Origin: Nitrospinota bacterium
GTDB taxonomy: Bacteria > UBA8248
Direction of reading: 5' to 3'
Length of the DNA: 16,804 nt
Assembly (NCBI GenBank): GCA_046581755.1
Contig: JAYGFR010000026.1
Location: 1-16,804, forward strand
The translations under genes and the position numbers were made by a program. The notes below the pieces were generated by a model that searched no databases, had not been told where the DNA came from, and was given only the letters and a program-made list of their open reading frames with translations. The first letter of the stretch is position 1; every line of letters starts with the position of its first letter. Positions 7,295 to 16,107 of this stretch are shown here, piece after piece.

Positions 7295-9085
7295 CTATGT
7301 CGATCGGAGGCCCATCATATCTTTTCCGGGTCCATTTTTCCCGCCCGTTTCGGCGGCGGCCAGCGAATTCCCGAATGTATTCATGATGTCTTCCACCGTG
7401 ATAATTCCCAGGAGACGGGTCGGGTCCTCGCGGCTGACGACAGGAAGGCGCGAGAAATTCCGGGCCCCCAGCTTGGCCATCACCGAGTCGAGCGATTGGT
7501 CCGGGTGGGCGTGGATGACGTATTTTGTCGTCGCGGTCTCGATGACCTCCTGCCCGTCCAGTCCGGCGGCCTGGGCCTGGCGGAGTTCGGCCGCGCTGAT
7601 GATTCCGAGGAGGAGGCCGCCATCGTCCACGACCGGAAAGCCCGCGAAATCGAGGGCCTCGGTCTGTGCGATCGCCTCTTTGATGGTGAGGCGGGCGTTC
7701 AGGGTCGTCACCTCCTGCACCATGGCGTCCGATACGTGAATTTCGTGGAGAAGATGCTCGGTCTCGTGGTTGGGGAGCTGCACCCCGTCCTGGGAGGAAA
7801 GCGCGCTGTAGAGGGGCTCGGGGTCCCAGTAGCGGGAGAGGGAGTAGGAGATGGTGTTGGCGACCATGAGGGCGAGGATGATGTTGTAGTCCTGGGTCAA
7901 CTCGAAAATCATGATGACCGAGGTCATCGGCGTGCGGACGATGGCCGCGAAGGCGGCGCCCATCCCGACGAGGGCGTAGCCGCCGGTGTTGATAATCAGC
8001 TCGGGAAAGAGGGCTTGGGCGATGGAAGCGACGGTGCCCCCGGCCATCGCTCCAATGAAGAGGGCGGGCGCGAAGATGCCGCCCGAGGAGCCGGTCCCGT
8101 AGGAGATGATCGTCGCGACAATCTTGAGGACGAGGAGGACGATGAAAAACCAGGTCGTGTATCCGTCGATCATGGCCCGGGTCACCCATGGGTAGCCGAC
8201 GCCGAAAACGTGGGGAACCCATATGCCGATGACGCCGACGGCCAGCCCGCCCAGGGTGGTGGCGAGAATGACCCGGCCGCCGGAGAGGCGGAGCCACCGC
8301 TTCCTCACGAAGAGCAGGCCCCGCTTGAAAAGGGCTCCGACCCCCGCGCACACCACGCCCACGATGGCATAGGGCACGAGCTCGAGGTAGGAGGCGAGGG
8401 CGTAGGAGGGAATCTCAAAGGCCGGATTGTTTCCGAGCAAGGCGCGCGTGACGATGGAGGCGGTGATCGAGGCGGCCACGATGGACCCCAGGACCTTTGC
8501 GTTGAGGTCGCCGACGAGTTCCTCAAGGGTGAAGGTGATGGCGGCGATCGGGGTGTTGAAAGCCGCCGCCAGCCCTGCGGCGGCCCCGACGGGAACGAGC
8601 GACCGGGTGTTGCTCCGCCCGAGGGTGAAAATTTGACCCATCCAGCTGGCGATTCCAGCGCAGATCTGGACCGTGGGCCCTTCCCGGCCCAGGCTCGATC
8701 CGGTGCCGATATTTAGGGCGCCGATGAAAAATTTTCCGATCCAAACCCGCGCCGGAATAAAACCGTTGTTCACGATATAGGCAATTTTCGTCTGGGGGAT
8801 GCCGCTTCCGCGTGCTTCGGGCACGGCCCGCAGCAACAGGGCGGCGGCCAAGGCGCCCCCGGCCGGGATGAGGGGAATGATGTACCAGGGGCGCAGGATT
8901 TCGGACAGATCGCGGGAGCCGAAAAAGAGGCCGTGCAACAGGCCCAGGGTGAGGTGAAACGCAACGGCGGCGAGGCCGGCCACGACACCGATGATGATCG
9001 TGACAAAATAGAAAACCGCCTCATCGCCTATCCCGAAATGGTGAAGCCACTCGAGGAGGCGAAGCTTGAAATTTTTATTTTCCAT
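7295..9085 (-). CDS. ClC family Cl-/H+ antiporter with C-terminal CBS domain pair
   Basis: GSGIP, GREGP (gating Glu), AAFNTP, FTLEEL (proton Glu), GGIFAP, LY; two CBS repeats (FPVVD..LLGII, LPVVS..LLGII). Confidence 0.95.
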   Translation of the reverse strand: MENKNFKLRLLEWLHHFGIGDEAVFYFVTIIIGVVAGLAAVAFHLTLGLLHGLFFGSRDLSEILRPWYIIPLIPAGGALAAALLLRAVPEARGSGIPQTKIAYIVNNGFIPARVWIGKFFIGALNIGTGSSLGREGPTVQICAGIASWMGQIFTLGRSNTRSLVPVGAAAGLAAAFNTPIAAITFTLEELVGDLNAKVLGSIVAASITASIVTRALLGNNPAFEIPSYALASYLELVPYAIVGVVCAGVGALFKRGLLFVRKRWLRLSGGRVILATTLGGLAVGVIGIWVPHVFGVGYPWVTRAMIDGYTTWFFIVLLVLKIVATIISYGTGSSGGIFAPALFIGAMAGGTVASIAQALFPELIINTGGYALVGMGAAFAAIVRTPMTSVIMIFELTQDYNIILALMVANTISYSLSRYWDPEPLYSALSSQDGVQLPNHETEHLLHEIHVSDAMVQEVTTLNARLTIKEAIAQTEALDFAGFPVVDDGGLLLGIISAAELRQAQAAGLDGQEVIETATTKYVIHAHPDQSLDSVMAKLGARNFSRLPVVSREDPTRLLGIITVEDIMNTFGNSLAAAETGGKNGPGKDMMGLRST

Positions 9086-9133
9086 TTCGTTCCTAAGGGA
9101 GGGTTGTATCCATTGCCGCGGGGGCGCTTATCC

Positions 9134-9727
9134 TTATCCGCCCGCATAGGGGCGCGCGGGCGCGTATTGCGACGGATCGTATCCCTCCTTCCGGAGGCGA
9201 TCGGCGAACCATTCCGGCTCGATGCCGTTGGTTTGATCGTCGAAGCGGGCCATTTCGCAGAAAATTTCGATCCGGTGGCCATCGGGATCGCAAAAATAAA
9301 AGGCGCGGTTCTCGCCCCAGGTGCCGTCCCCCTCGGGGTGGGTCGGGCTGTGAACGACCGGGCCCCGGACGATGTCGATGCCGTTCTCCTCGATCCATTC
9401 CCTCCAGGCCTCGAACTCTTCCCGGCCGCGCACCATGAGGGCGAAGTGGTGATATCCCAGGTCGGCCACCGGGCCCTGGTCCGCCTTTCGGAGGGGGGAC
9501 AGATCTCCGGCCTCCTCGGGGAAGGATATGAGATTCAGGTCATGGTGCAGGCCGCTGCACCTGAGAAAACAAAGACCGACCGGAAGGGTTGGATGCTCGC
9601 CCGGCGCGTACTTCTCGGATACCTTGAATCCGAGGATATCGGTGTAGAATCGGAGCGATTCCTCAAGGTTCGAGACTTTGACGGCGACATGCTGAATGCC
9701 CTCGAACGTCTGACTGGGCCTTGGCAT
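9134..9727 (-). CDS. VOC (glyoxalase / extradiol dioxygenase) family protein, single-domain ring-cleavage dioxygenase-like
   Basis: IQHVAVKV..FYTDILGF, HHDL, HHFAL, GPVVH, FYFCDPDGHRIE giving a His/His/Glu metal triad; RBS GAGAGGA. Confidence 0.88.
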   Translation of the reverse strand: MPRPSQTFEGIQHVAVKVSNLEESLRFYTDILGFKVSEKYAPGEHPTLPVGLCFLRCSGLHHDLNLISFPEEAGDLSPLRKADQGPVADLGYHHFALMVRGREEFEAWREWIEENGIDIVRGPVVHSPTHPEGDGTWGENRAFYFCDPDGHRIEIFCEMARFDDQTNGIEPEWFADRLRKEGYDPSQYAPARPYAGG

Positions 9728-9815
9728 TGTTTTCGAGTTCCTCTCGCCGCATGGATTTCTGCTGGCCGCCCGGCGCGGCTGGAGGTGATATTAACGCCAA
9801 CCGGAGGAAAATGGT

Positions 9816-10577
9816 ATGGGCAGACTGAACGGAAGGGCGGCCCTCATAACGGGCGCATCCCGGGGTATCGGAAGGGCCATCGCCCGGCGGTTCGCCGCGG
9901 AGGGGGCGTCGGTTTTCCTGGCCGCCGATGGGACGAGGGATGAGCTTGAGGAGGCGGCCGGAGAGTGCCGGCGGCTGAGCGGGGAGGAGGCATTTTCCGG
10001 CGAATTCGACCTCGCCCGCCCGGAGGCCCCGGAAGAGATGGTGGCGGCCGCGCTGGATCGTCTCGGGAGGCTGGATATTCTGGTCAACAATGCGGGAATC
10101 CGCTCCCTCCACTTTTTCGGGGAGTTCACCCGGGAGGATTTCGACCAGGTGGTGGCGGTGAATCTCAGGGCGCCCTTTTTGGCCGCCCAGGCGGTCCTGC
10201 CCGCGATGCGGGCGACGGGCGGCGGACGCATCGTATTCATCGCGAGCCAGCTTGGCATGGTCGCGGCCCGGCGCACCGCCCTGTACGGGGTGACGAAGGC
10301 CGGGCTCATTCATCTGGCCCGGGCGATGGCGCTTGAACTGGCCGGCGAGGGGATTCGGGTCAATGCGATCAGCCCTGGACCCATCGCGACCGCCTACGTG
10401 ATTGAGCGCCTGGAGCGCGAGCCCGAGGAGCGGGCTCAGCGCGAGTCCTTTATTCCGGCGGGGCATTTGGGCGACCCGGACGAGATTGCCTCGGCCGCGC
10501 TGTTTCTGGCCTCGGATGAATCGGGTTTTGTCGATGGGCATAATCTGGTGGTCGATGGGGGGTATATCGCCCACTGA
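9816..10577 (+). CDS. Classical SDR family oxidoreductase
   Basis: TGASRGIG, LVNNAG, S...YGVTK, VNAISPG, GHNLVVDGG; RBS GGAGG. Confidence 0.94.
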   Translation: MGRLNGRAALITGASRGIGRAIARRFAAEGASVFLAADGTRDELEEAAGECRRLSGEEAFSGEFDLARPEAPEEMVAAALDRLGRLDILVNNAGIRSLHFFGEFTREDFDQVVAVNLRAPFLAAQAVLPAMRATGGGRIVFIASQLGMVAARRTALYGVTKAGLIHLARAMALELAGEGIRVNAISPGPIATAYVIERLEREPEERAQRESFIPAGHLGDPDEIASAALFLASDESGFVDGHNLVVDGGYIAH

Positions 10578-10696
10578 GGGGGCGGGCGCGTCGCCCCGGG
10601 GACGGTCTCCGGCTTTGCCGCCGAGGGCCCGCATGGTTAAAGTGGAGATCGTTTCATCCGAACTATTTTTTCGCCATTTCGAAAGGAGTGTGATTC

Positions 10697-11581
10697 ATGA
10701 GCTTGAATGTGGGCATCGTCGGGTTGGGAGTCATGGGCGGAGCATTCGCCGGGCACCTTTTGGACGCGGGGTTCGAGGTGGCGGGGTTCGACCCGCTGGA
10801 GGAGATGTATGCGAAATTCGAGGGGAAGGCTTTGCGGCGGGCGTCCTCTCCGGCCGACGTGGCCAGGGGCGCGCAACTGGTGATGACCTCCTTGCCGAAT
10901 TACGGCGTGGTCGAGCAGGCCGCCGCTGGGCCCGAGGGTATATTCGAGGGCGCCGAAAAGAGCACGGTCATCGCCGATATGAGCACAGTGCCGCCCAAGT
11001 TTTCCCGCTCCATGGCCGAGGCTGCCGAGGAGAAGGGGTTTCATTGGCTCGATACCCCGGTGAGCGGGGTCGGCAAGCAGGCGGCGGTCAAGGATTTGGT
11101 CGTTATGAGCGCCGGGCCGAGGGGGGCCTTCGATCTGGCCAAGCCCGCCTTTGACGCCATCGGCAAGAAAACCATTTATGTGAGCGAGAAAAACGGCCTT
11201 GCCGCCCAACTCAAGCTGGTGGTGAACCTGGTGCTGTTCGTGACCATGGCCGGGGCCGCCGAGGGAATGACCCTGGGCCTGAAGGCGGGAATCTCGCCCG
11301 AGGTCATGCTCGATACGCTGTGCTCCGGGGCGGCGGGCTCGAACGTTCTCGATGTCCGGGGGAAGGATATGCTGGCCGACAATTACCCTCCCTCCGGCCC
11401 CATATGGATTGTATTGAAGGATCTCGAGTGTGCGATTCAGTCGGCCAAGGACCTGGACGTGCCCGTCCCCCTGGCGGGGCTTTTAGAGCAATTCTACATG
11501 GCCCAAAGAAGCAAGGGACGCCAGAACGAGGATGGGAGTTCGATATTCAGGATTTTCAAGGAACTGGCGAATTTGTCTTGA
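10697..11581 (+). CDS. Beta-hydroxyacid dehydrogenase (3-hydroxyisobutyrate dehydrogenase / GarR-GlxR family)
   Basis: GIVGLGVMG, DMSTV, LDTPVSG, KLVVN (catalytic Lys), KDL; RBS AAGGAG. Confidence 0.92.
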   Translation: MSLNVGIVGLGVMGGAFAGHLLDAGFEVAGFDPLEEMYAKFEGKALRRASSPADVARGAQLVMTSLPNYGVVEQAAAGPEGIFEGAEKSTVIADMSTVPPKFSRSMAEAAEEKGFHWLDTPVSGVGKQAAVKDLVVMSAGPRGAFDLAKPAFDAIGKKTIYVSEKNGLAAQLKLVVNLVLFVTMAGAAEGMTLGLKAGISPEVMLDTLCSGAAGSNVLDVRGKDMLADNYPPSGPIWIVLKDLECAIQSAKDLDVPVPLAGLLEQFYMAQRSKGRQNEDGSSIFRIFKELANLS

Positions 11582-11620
11582 TGGCGCGGCAAGGGGCGGC
11601 GGTGCGTGAGGGGCCGGTTG

Positions 11621-11997
11621 CTAATTCTTGAAAATGGCGCTGAGTTTTCCTCAAAGACGACGGGCGTGAAGGGCTTGACGATGTAGTTCGAAGCGCTGGC
11701 CTGAATGGCCATGATGATATTTTCCTTGAGCGCCTCGGCGGTTACCATCAGAAATGGGTTTTTTTTCGTTTTCTCGTCCGCGCGGACGGCCTTGAGGAAT
11801 TCCAGGCCAGTCATCACGGGCATGTTCCAGCCCGAAACAATCAGGCCGAAATCTCCCGCTTTCGCCATACGGAATCCTTCCTCGCCGTTTTCCGTCTCGG
11901 AGACGTTGTCGAACCCGATCTGGCGAAGCATATTGCGGACTACTTTTCTCATCGTGGCGAAGTCATCGACTACGAGAACCTTCATTTTTAGATCCAA
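11621..11997 (-). pseudogene. cheY: Degenerate chemotaxis response regulator CheY
   Basis: KVLVVDDFATMRK...LIVS-G-WNMP...MVTAE...YIVKPF. Phosphoacceptor codon is GGC (Gly) at 11830-11832 instead of Asp. Adding one A to the A4 run at 11645-11648 restores EEKLSAIFKN-TAG (125 aa). RBS GGAGG precedes TTG 11997. Confidence 0.85.
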
Positions 11998-12144
11998 TGT
12001 ATGCCTCCAAGTCATTTATTTGGGGGGGGGCAGTGGACAAAATGGCCACCACAAAAGCTTTTTCCCTGCGTGCGCGCCATGCACTTGATTCGAAATTTCC
12101 GCCGCCGCGTTGAAGAGATATTTTCAGCCTCCCGGGAGAGTGTG

Positions 12145-12607
12145 ATGAAAGCTGAGGTTTCAATCCCTTTCTTCAAGCCACGATCAATGTTTTGAGCACG
12201 ATGGCCATGCTTACCCCGAAACCGGGAAAGCCCCGGATCAAGGAAACCGATGTGGCCGTTGGGGACATTACCGGGGTCATCGGCCTGACGGGCCATTCGG
12301 AGGACTCGCTGGCCGTGATCTTTTCCGAAGCGTGCGCCCTCGAGGGGGTGGGAAATATGATCGGGGAAAAATACGAAGAGATGAATGAAGTGGTCGCGGA
12401 CGCCGACGGGGAGTTGACGGAAATGTTTCGGGTGATGCGCGCTCGCAACTGCAGAAGGCCGGATATGATTTTACGGCTGCTATTCCCCCGGTCGTGCGGG
12501 GAAAGAACCACACCGTCCGCCACGTAGGTCAGGGTGGAACCACCCTCATGATTTTGTTTTCGACCGAGAGCGGAAATTTTTACATCGAAGCTTCTTTCTC
12601 GAGCTGA
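12145..12607 (+). pseudogene. cheX: Degenerate CheY-P phosphatase CheX (two 1-nt deletions)
   Basis: Joining three frames gives MKAE.xNPFLQATINVLSTMAM...GDITGVIGLTG...DADGELTEMxSGDARSQL...AAIPPVVRGKNH...FSTESGNFYIEASFSS-TGA (about 154 aa). Shifts lie near 12157-12161 and 12426-12428. The catalytic ExxN reads ELTE. Confidence 0.85.
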
Positions 12608-12663
12608 CCCCTGAGGGGGAAGGTTCCGTTCTTTCTTTATTCCGCCGCGAATGCGCACCGGCC

Positions 12664-12912
12664 TCAGGAATTTTTGTCTGTGTTCCGGATGATTTGCCGA
12701 AGCTCATCGTCGTTCAGCGTCCGCAGCTGGTCGAACGTGATCAGAAGTGTCGTGTCCGGATCTCCCCGCTCCCCCCACCATAGGCGAAAGCTGTCGTCGA
12801 CATAATTGAAGCGGATATTGTGCTCGAATCCCGGAATATCCTGTGAGAGAAGCTGGCTGATTCTTTCGGCCATTTCGCGGCCATGCCGCCGCCGCTCGTT
12901 CACGTCGGTCAA
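12664..12912 (-). CDS. Small hypothetical protein (about 82 aa)
   Basis: Protein-like 3' part of ORF 12664..13020; GGAG precedes TTG 12912 (MTDVNERRRHG...). Fills an otherwise empty gap; start uncertain; no family recognised. Confidence 0.55.
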   Translation of the reverse strand: MTDVNERRRHGREMAERISQLLSQDIPGFEHNIRFNYVDDSFRLWWGERGDPDTTLLITFDQLRTLNDDELRQIIRNTDKNS

Positions 12913-13057
12913 TGAATTAGGTCTCCATGGATTTTTTTGAACGTGCGGAGAGTCATTTTTCAGCCCTCCCCCTTGCTGCCGGTGGAACCGCAGAGTAGGG
13001 CGGCGGCGAATGGGTGTCAAGAAATGAAAAACCGGGACGGCGTGCCAGGGGGCTGAT

Positions 13058-16000
13058 TTACCGGAGAGCTTTCAGCGCATCGTTCAGATTGCGCTCCAGT
13101 ATGTTTTTGTATGCTATGAAATGGAAAGTTTTCGCGCCCCGGGGGCAGTTCTTTTTTCTGAAATCCAGCGGAAGGGAAATGTCGGCTATGGGGATGGAAG
13201 CGGCCTTGGGCTGGTTTTTCAGGAAAAGGCGAGCGGTCTCCTCGAATACCTTCACGCCATGCTGGAGGCTGGTGATTCTCTCTCCATTAATTTGAAAGAC
13301 GAGGGCCCGCTTCCCGTCCTTGGTTTTCATCTCGGCGAAAATGACCTGGCCCGGATCGTTCTTCCTGCTTTCGACGGCTTGGAGCAGTTTGTCCGAGTTT
13401 TCGATGATCTCATAGTGGTTCGGATTCGTCTTTCTGGTTTCGACGGTGTAGAACAACAAATTGACGGGAGGCATTTTGGCTTTCACGCGCCATGGCTCGT
13501 TCATGATTCTCTTGGCCACGTTGCTCAGGAATACGCCCAACCTGACTGAGTAGGCCGGCCATGCGTCCTTTCCCATGCTGACATACATGGTTCCGCCCAT
13601 TTCGTCGGAAATGTACACATGGGCCCGGACGCCATCGTTACGCATCATGACCTGGATGGAATTCAATTGGAGTACATCGGCTATGGCTTGCTGGGCGATC
13701 AATTCCGTGGCCGAGGAGGCAACGCCGATTTCGGTGCGGACCAGCCTGCCGCGCTCGCCTTTTTGGAAAAAATTCTCGAACGAGGTGTGGCGGCTGGTTT
13801 GCGCCTCCTTACCGTTCCAAGAGGCTGAAATGAGCCCTTGCTCCCCCTGGAACAGGAATGTCCGCTGAGTCAAGGGAGGAAGGGGCTTGCCGCGGAAGAA
13901 ATTGGCGATCCCCTGAAGCTCGTTTTCGAAGTCCGTGAATATTTTCCTGTTCGTCGCTAGCCCCGTCTTCGCTGTCGGGACATACACCTTCACAGCGACC
14001 TTTTTGCCTTCTTCGGCGGGTGGCAGGCGATCCAGGCAAAATCGCATGGCGGCCATCTTGTCTACATTTTCCGCTGGGCGTTCGGTGTAAACCTCCCCCC
14101 AGGAAGTGCGGTATATGACATCGACCCGGCGGATTCCCTGTCCTTGGCTGGTTTCCCCAAGATTGATGATCACGCACAGCCTTCTGATTTCCGAATCCTT
14201 GATCAAGTCATCGTTGGGCAGGTGCCCGACATTGATGGGCGGAAAGTATTCTCCCAGCGAATCCAGTATGTCCTGCAGGTTGGCGGCGGTCAGGCGCGAC
14301 TCGCGCGATTGCAGGTTGACCTGGGTCCGTTGGTCCCACACCCCGTTCGCAACTAGCCAGATGAGAAGGTCCGGCAGGTTTCTGGTCTGGCGGAGGAGAT
14401 TTGGTTCGATTTTATCGCTTTTGAGATCCGCCGCGGAAACCGGACCGCGGTAGACCTTCCACAAGTTTTCGCCGCCGGTCCGGGAGGGGGTCATCGTAAA
14501 AGTGATTTGATCCTGGTGAAGGCTGTCCTCGAAGGTTTTGGGAAGGTATTCGACCTTTTTTTCTTTCTTCGAATAGAATGTGAAAAGTTTCCGGCCCAGG
14601 ACGGTGAGGTCGGTTGCGTTGATCATGGCGTTGGAGGTGGCGCCGGTCTGAGAGAGGCGTTTGTAGGATTCGATGATAAATTTATTGACCTCGTTGCCCA
14701 GCTTGACGCTTTGATCGAACGGCCATTCCTTGAAATTGTTCAGCTTGAGAATGTAGTCGTTATCCCAGTTCCAACCCTCGATGAGCTCGCCGAGCATGTC
14801 TTTTTTCCGGTTCCGGCTCCGCATGGGGTCGTTGATTCCCGTAATCGTGTCGCCAGCCTTGAGGTAGAAGCACTGCCTCAAGATCTCCAAGAGATCGCTC
14901 CGATCCATGCGCTTGTAGTATTCCAGGATGCGGTTGAACATGAGGAGATAGCCGTCGAGATCGAACCGGTTGGGGTGCTCATCGATTTGCTGGCCGTGGC
15001 CGAGAGAGTCGAATTCGTCTCTCTCTTTTTCTTTCCTGGAAGCAAGGTTGGTGATATTTTCCTTCAAAACGTCGCAAAGAAGGGTGTTGGCCGATTCGGG
15101 GTCCATGTAGTCTTCGATAAGTCCCATTTTCATCGCCGATTTGAAAGGGCTTCCGAGCGCCTTATTGAGTTGCCATAGAGCGGCGCCGAACCCCTCCTCC
15201 ATGGAGATGTGCTGGGCGTTGCCGAGATCGATGTAGGATTTCGAATTGATGATGAAATGGTCGAAGGCGAGTTGAGAGACGCGTTCGTATTCTTCGTCGG
15301 TGATATGCGGCGGCAATGCGGTCCAGAGGGGTGGGGCGCCAGCCAGTACGGTATGCGTCCGGAAAAATTCTTCCTTGAGAAGCTTACCCAGGGCGGACCC
15401 GGCGCTTTCCTCGTCGGACTCGCCGAATTTGTTGTTTCGCGCCTCACTGATATCGGTGATGAAAAAATGACATTCGAAACGGTTGATCTTTTCCGTCCAC
15501 TCCTCGATTTTCCCTAGCTTGAATGCAAGCCCTTTGAGCTTCTCCGAGGTGAAGTCCGATTTATTGACGCAAACCCAGATATCGAAGTCGCTCTTGGAGG
15601 TTTGGGCGATGGTCGCCAGGCTTCCCATGGCGGACAGCGAGTAGATGGGGCATGAGCCTGTGCGATTCCTGAAATCAGCCTGCGTGACATTCGCGGTGGG
15701 AATCTGCATTTCGATTCGCCTGGGGATGTCGCCATCGTGCTTGAAATCGAGGACTCCGTCCGGAACCATTTCCGGGTCGTCCACATAGCCCGGGATGCCG
15801 GGCAGGTTGAGGTGTACCAGGGAGGGGAGGATGGTGAAAATTTGCTTATCCAGATCGTTCAGCTTGGAAAGGATCGTGACGATTTTCCGCTGGTTGTATT
15901 CGACATATGCGCGCGCGCGGATGGATATCCCGGTGATCACTTTCTGATCGGCCGAATCGAAGTCAGGGGTCGCGGAGAAGGAATCACTGGACGAACCGAG

Positions 16001-16063
16001 GATATCGTCGCCAGCGTCCCACTCGTCTGTATCTTTTTTTCCGAAAAATTTCTTCAGCGCCAT
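13058..16063 (-). CDS. cyaA: Class I adenylate cyclase (1001 aa)
   Basis: MGSLATIAQTSKSDFDIWVC (GS...SDxDIWVC nucleotidyltransferase motif), LLKEEFFRT, YIDLG and ALWQLNKALGSPFKSAMK correspond to the conserved blocks of E. coli-type CyaA. Confidence 0.93.
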   Translation of the reverse strand: MALKKFFGKKDTDEWDAGDDILGSSSDSFSATPDFDSADQKVITGISIRARAYVEYNQRKIVTILSKLNDLDKQIFTILPSLVHLNLPGIPGYVDDPEMVPDGVLDFKHDGDIPRRIEMQIPTANVTQADFRNRTGSCPIYSLSAMGSLATIAQTSKSDFDIWVCVNKSDFTSEKLKGLAFKLGKIEEWTEKINRFECHFFITDISEARNNKFGESDEESAGSALGKLLKEEFFRTHTVLAGAPPLWTALPPHITDEEYERVSQLAFDHFIINSKSYIDLGNAQHISMEEGFGAALWQLNKALGSPFKSAMKMGLIEDYMDPESANTLLCDVLKENITNLASRKEKERDEFDSLGHGQQIDEHPNRFDLDGYLLMFNRILEYYKRMDRSDLLEILRQCFYLKAGDTITGINDPMRSRNRKKDMLGELIEGWNWDNDYILKLNNFKEWPFDQSVKLGNEVNKFIIESYKRLSQTGATSNAMINATDLTVLGRKLFTFYSKKEKKVEYLPKTFEDSLHQDQITFTMTPSRTGGENLWKVYRGPVSAADLKSDKIEPNLLRQTRNLPDLLIWLVANGVWDQRTQVNLQSRESRLTAANLQDILDSLGEYFPPINVGHLPNDDLIKDSEIRRLCVIINLGETSQGQGIRRVDVIYRTSWGEVYTERPAENVDKMAAMRFCLDRLPPAEEGKKVAVKVYVPTAKTGLATNRKIFTDFENELQGIANFFRGKPLPPLTQRTFLFQGEQGLISASWNGKEAQTSRHTSFENFFQKGERGRLVRTEIGVASSATELIAQQAIADVLQLNSIQVMMRNDGVRAHVYISDEMGGTMYVSMGKDAWPAYSVRLGVFLSNVAKRIMNEPWRVKAKMPPVNLLFYTVETRKTNPNHYEIIENSDKLLQAVESRKNDPGQVIFAEMKTKDGKRALVFQINGERITSLQHGVKVFEETARLFLKNQPKAASIPIADISLPLDFRKKNCPRGAKTFHFIAYKNILERNLNDALKALR

Positions 16064-16107
16064 CTTTAAGTTTGCCCAGTTTTATCGTCCCGCGAGGGAC
16101 AATACCC

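Noticed and set aside
6164..10634. Long alternative ORFs 6164..7198, 7086..8351, 7496..8716, 8933..9943 and 9663..10634
   Set aside because: They overlap well-supported genes in antisense or alternate frames, have biased composition and show no motifs.
11494..11620. C-terminal extension of CheY (NSAPFSRISNRP...)
   Set aside because: Frameshift read-through that overlaps the convergent dehydrogenase gene.
12141..12160. CRP/FNR-type sites at TGTGA half-sites (also near 2104 and 10689)
   Set aside because: None has the matching TCACA half-site at the 6-nt spacing.
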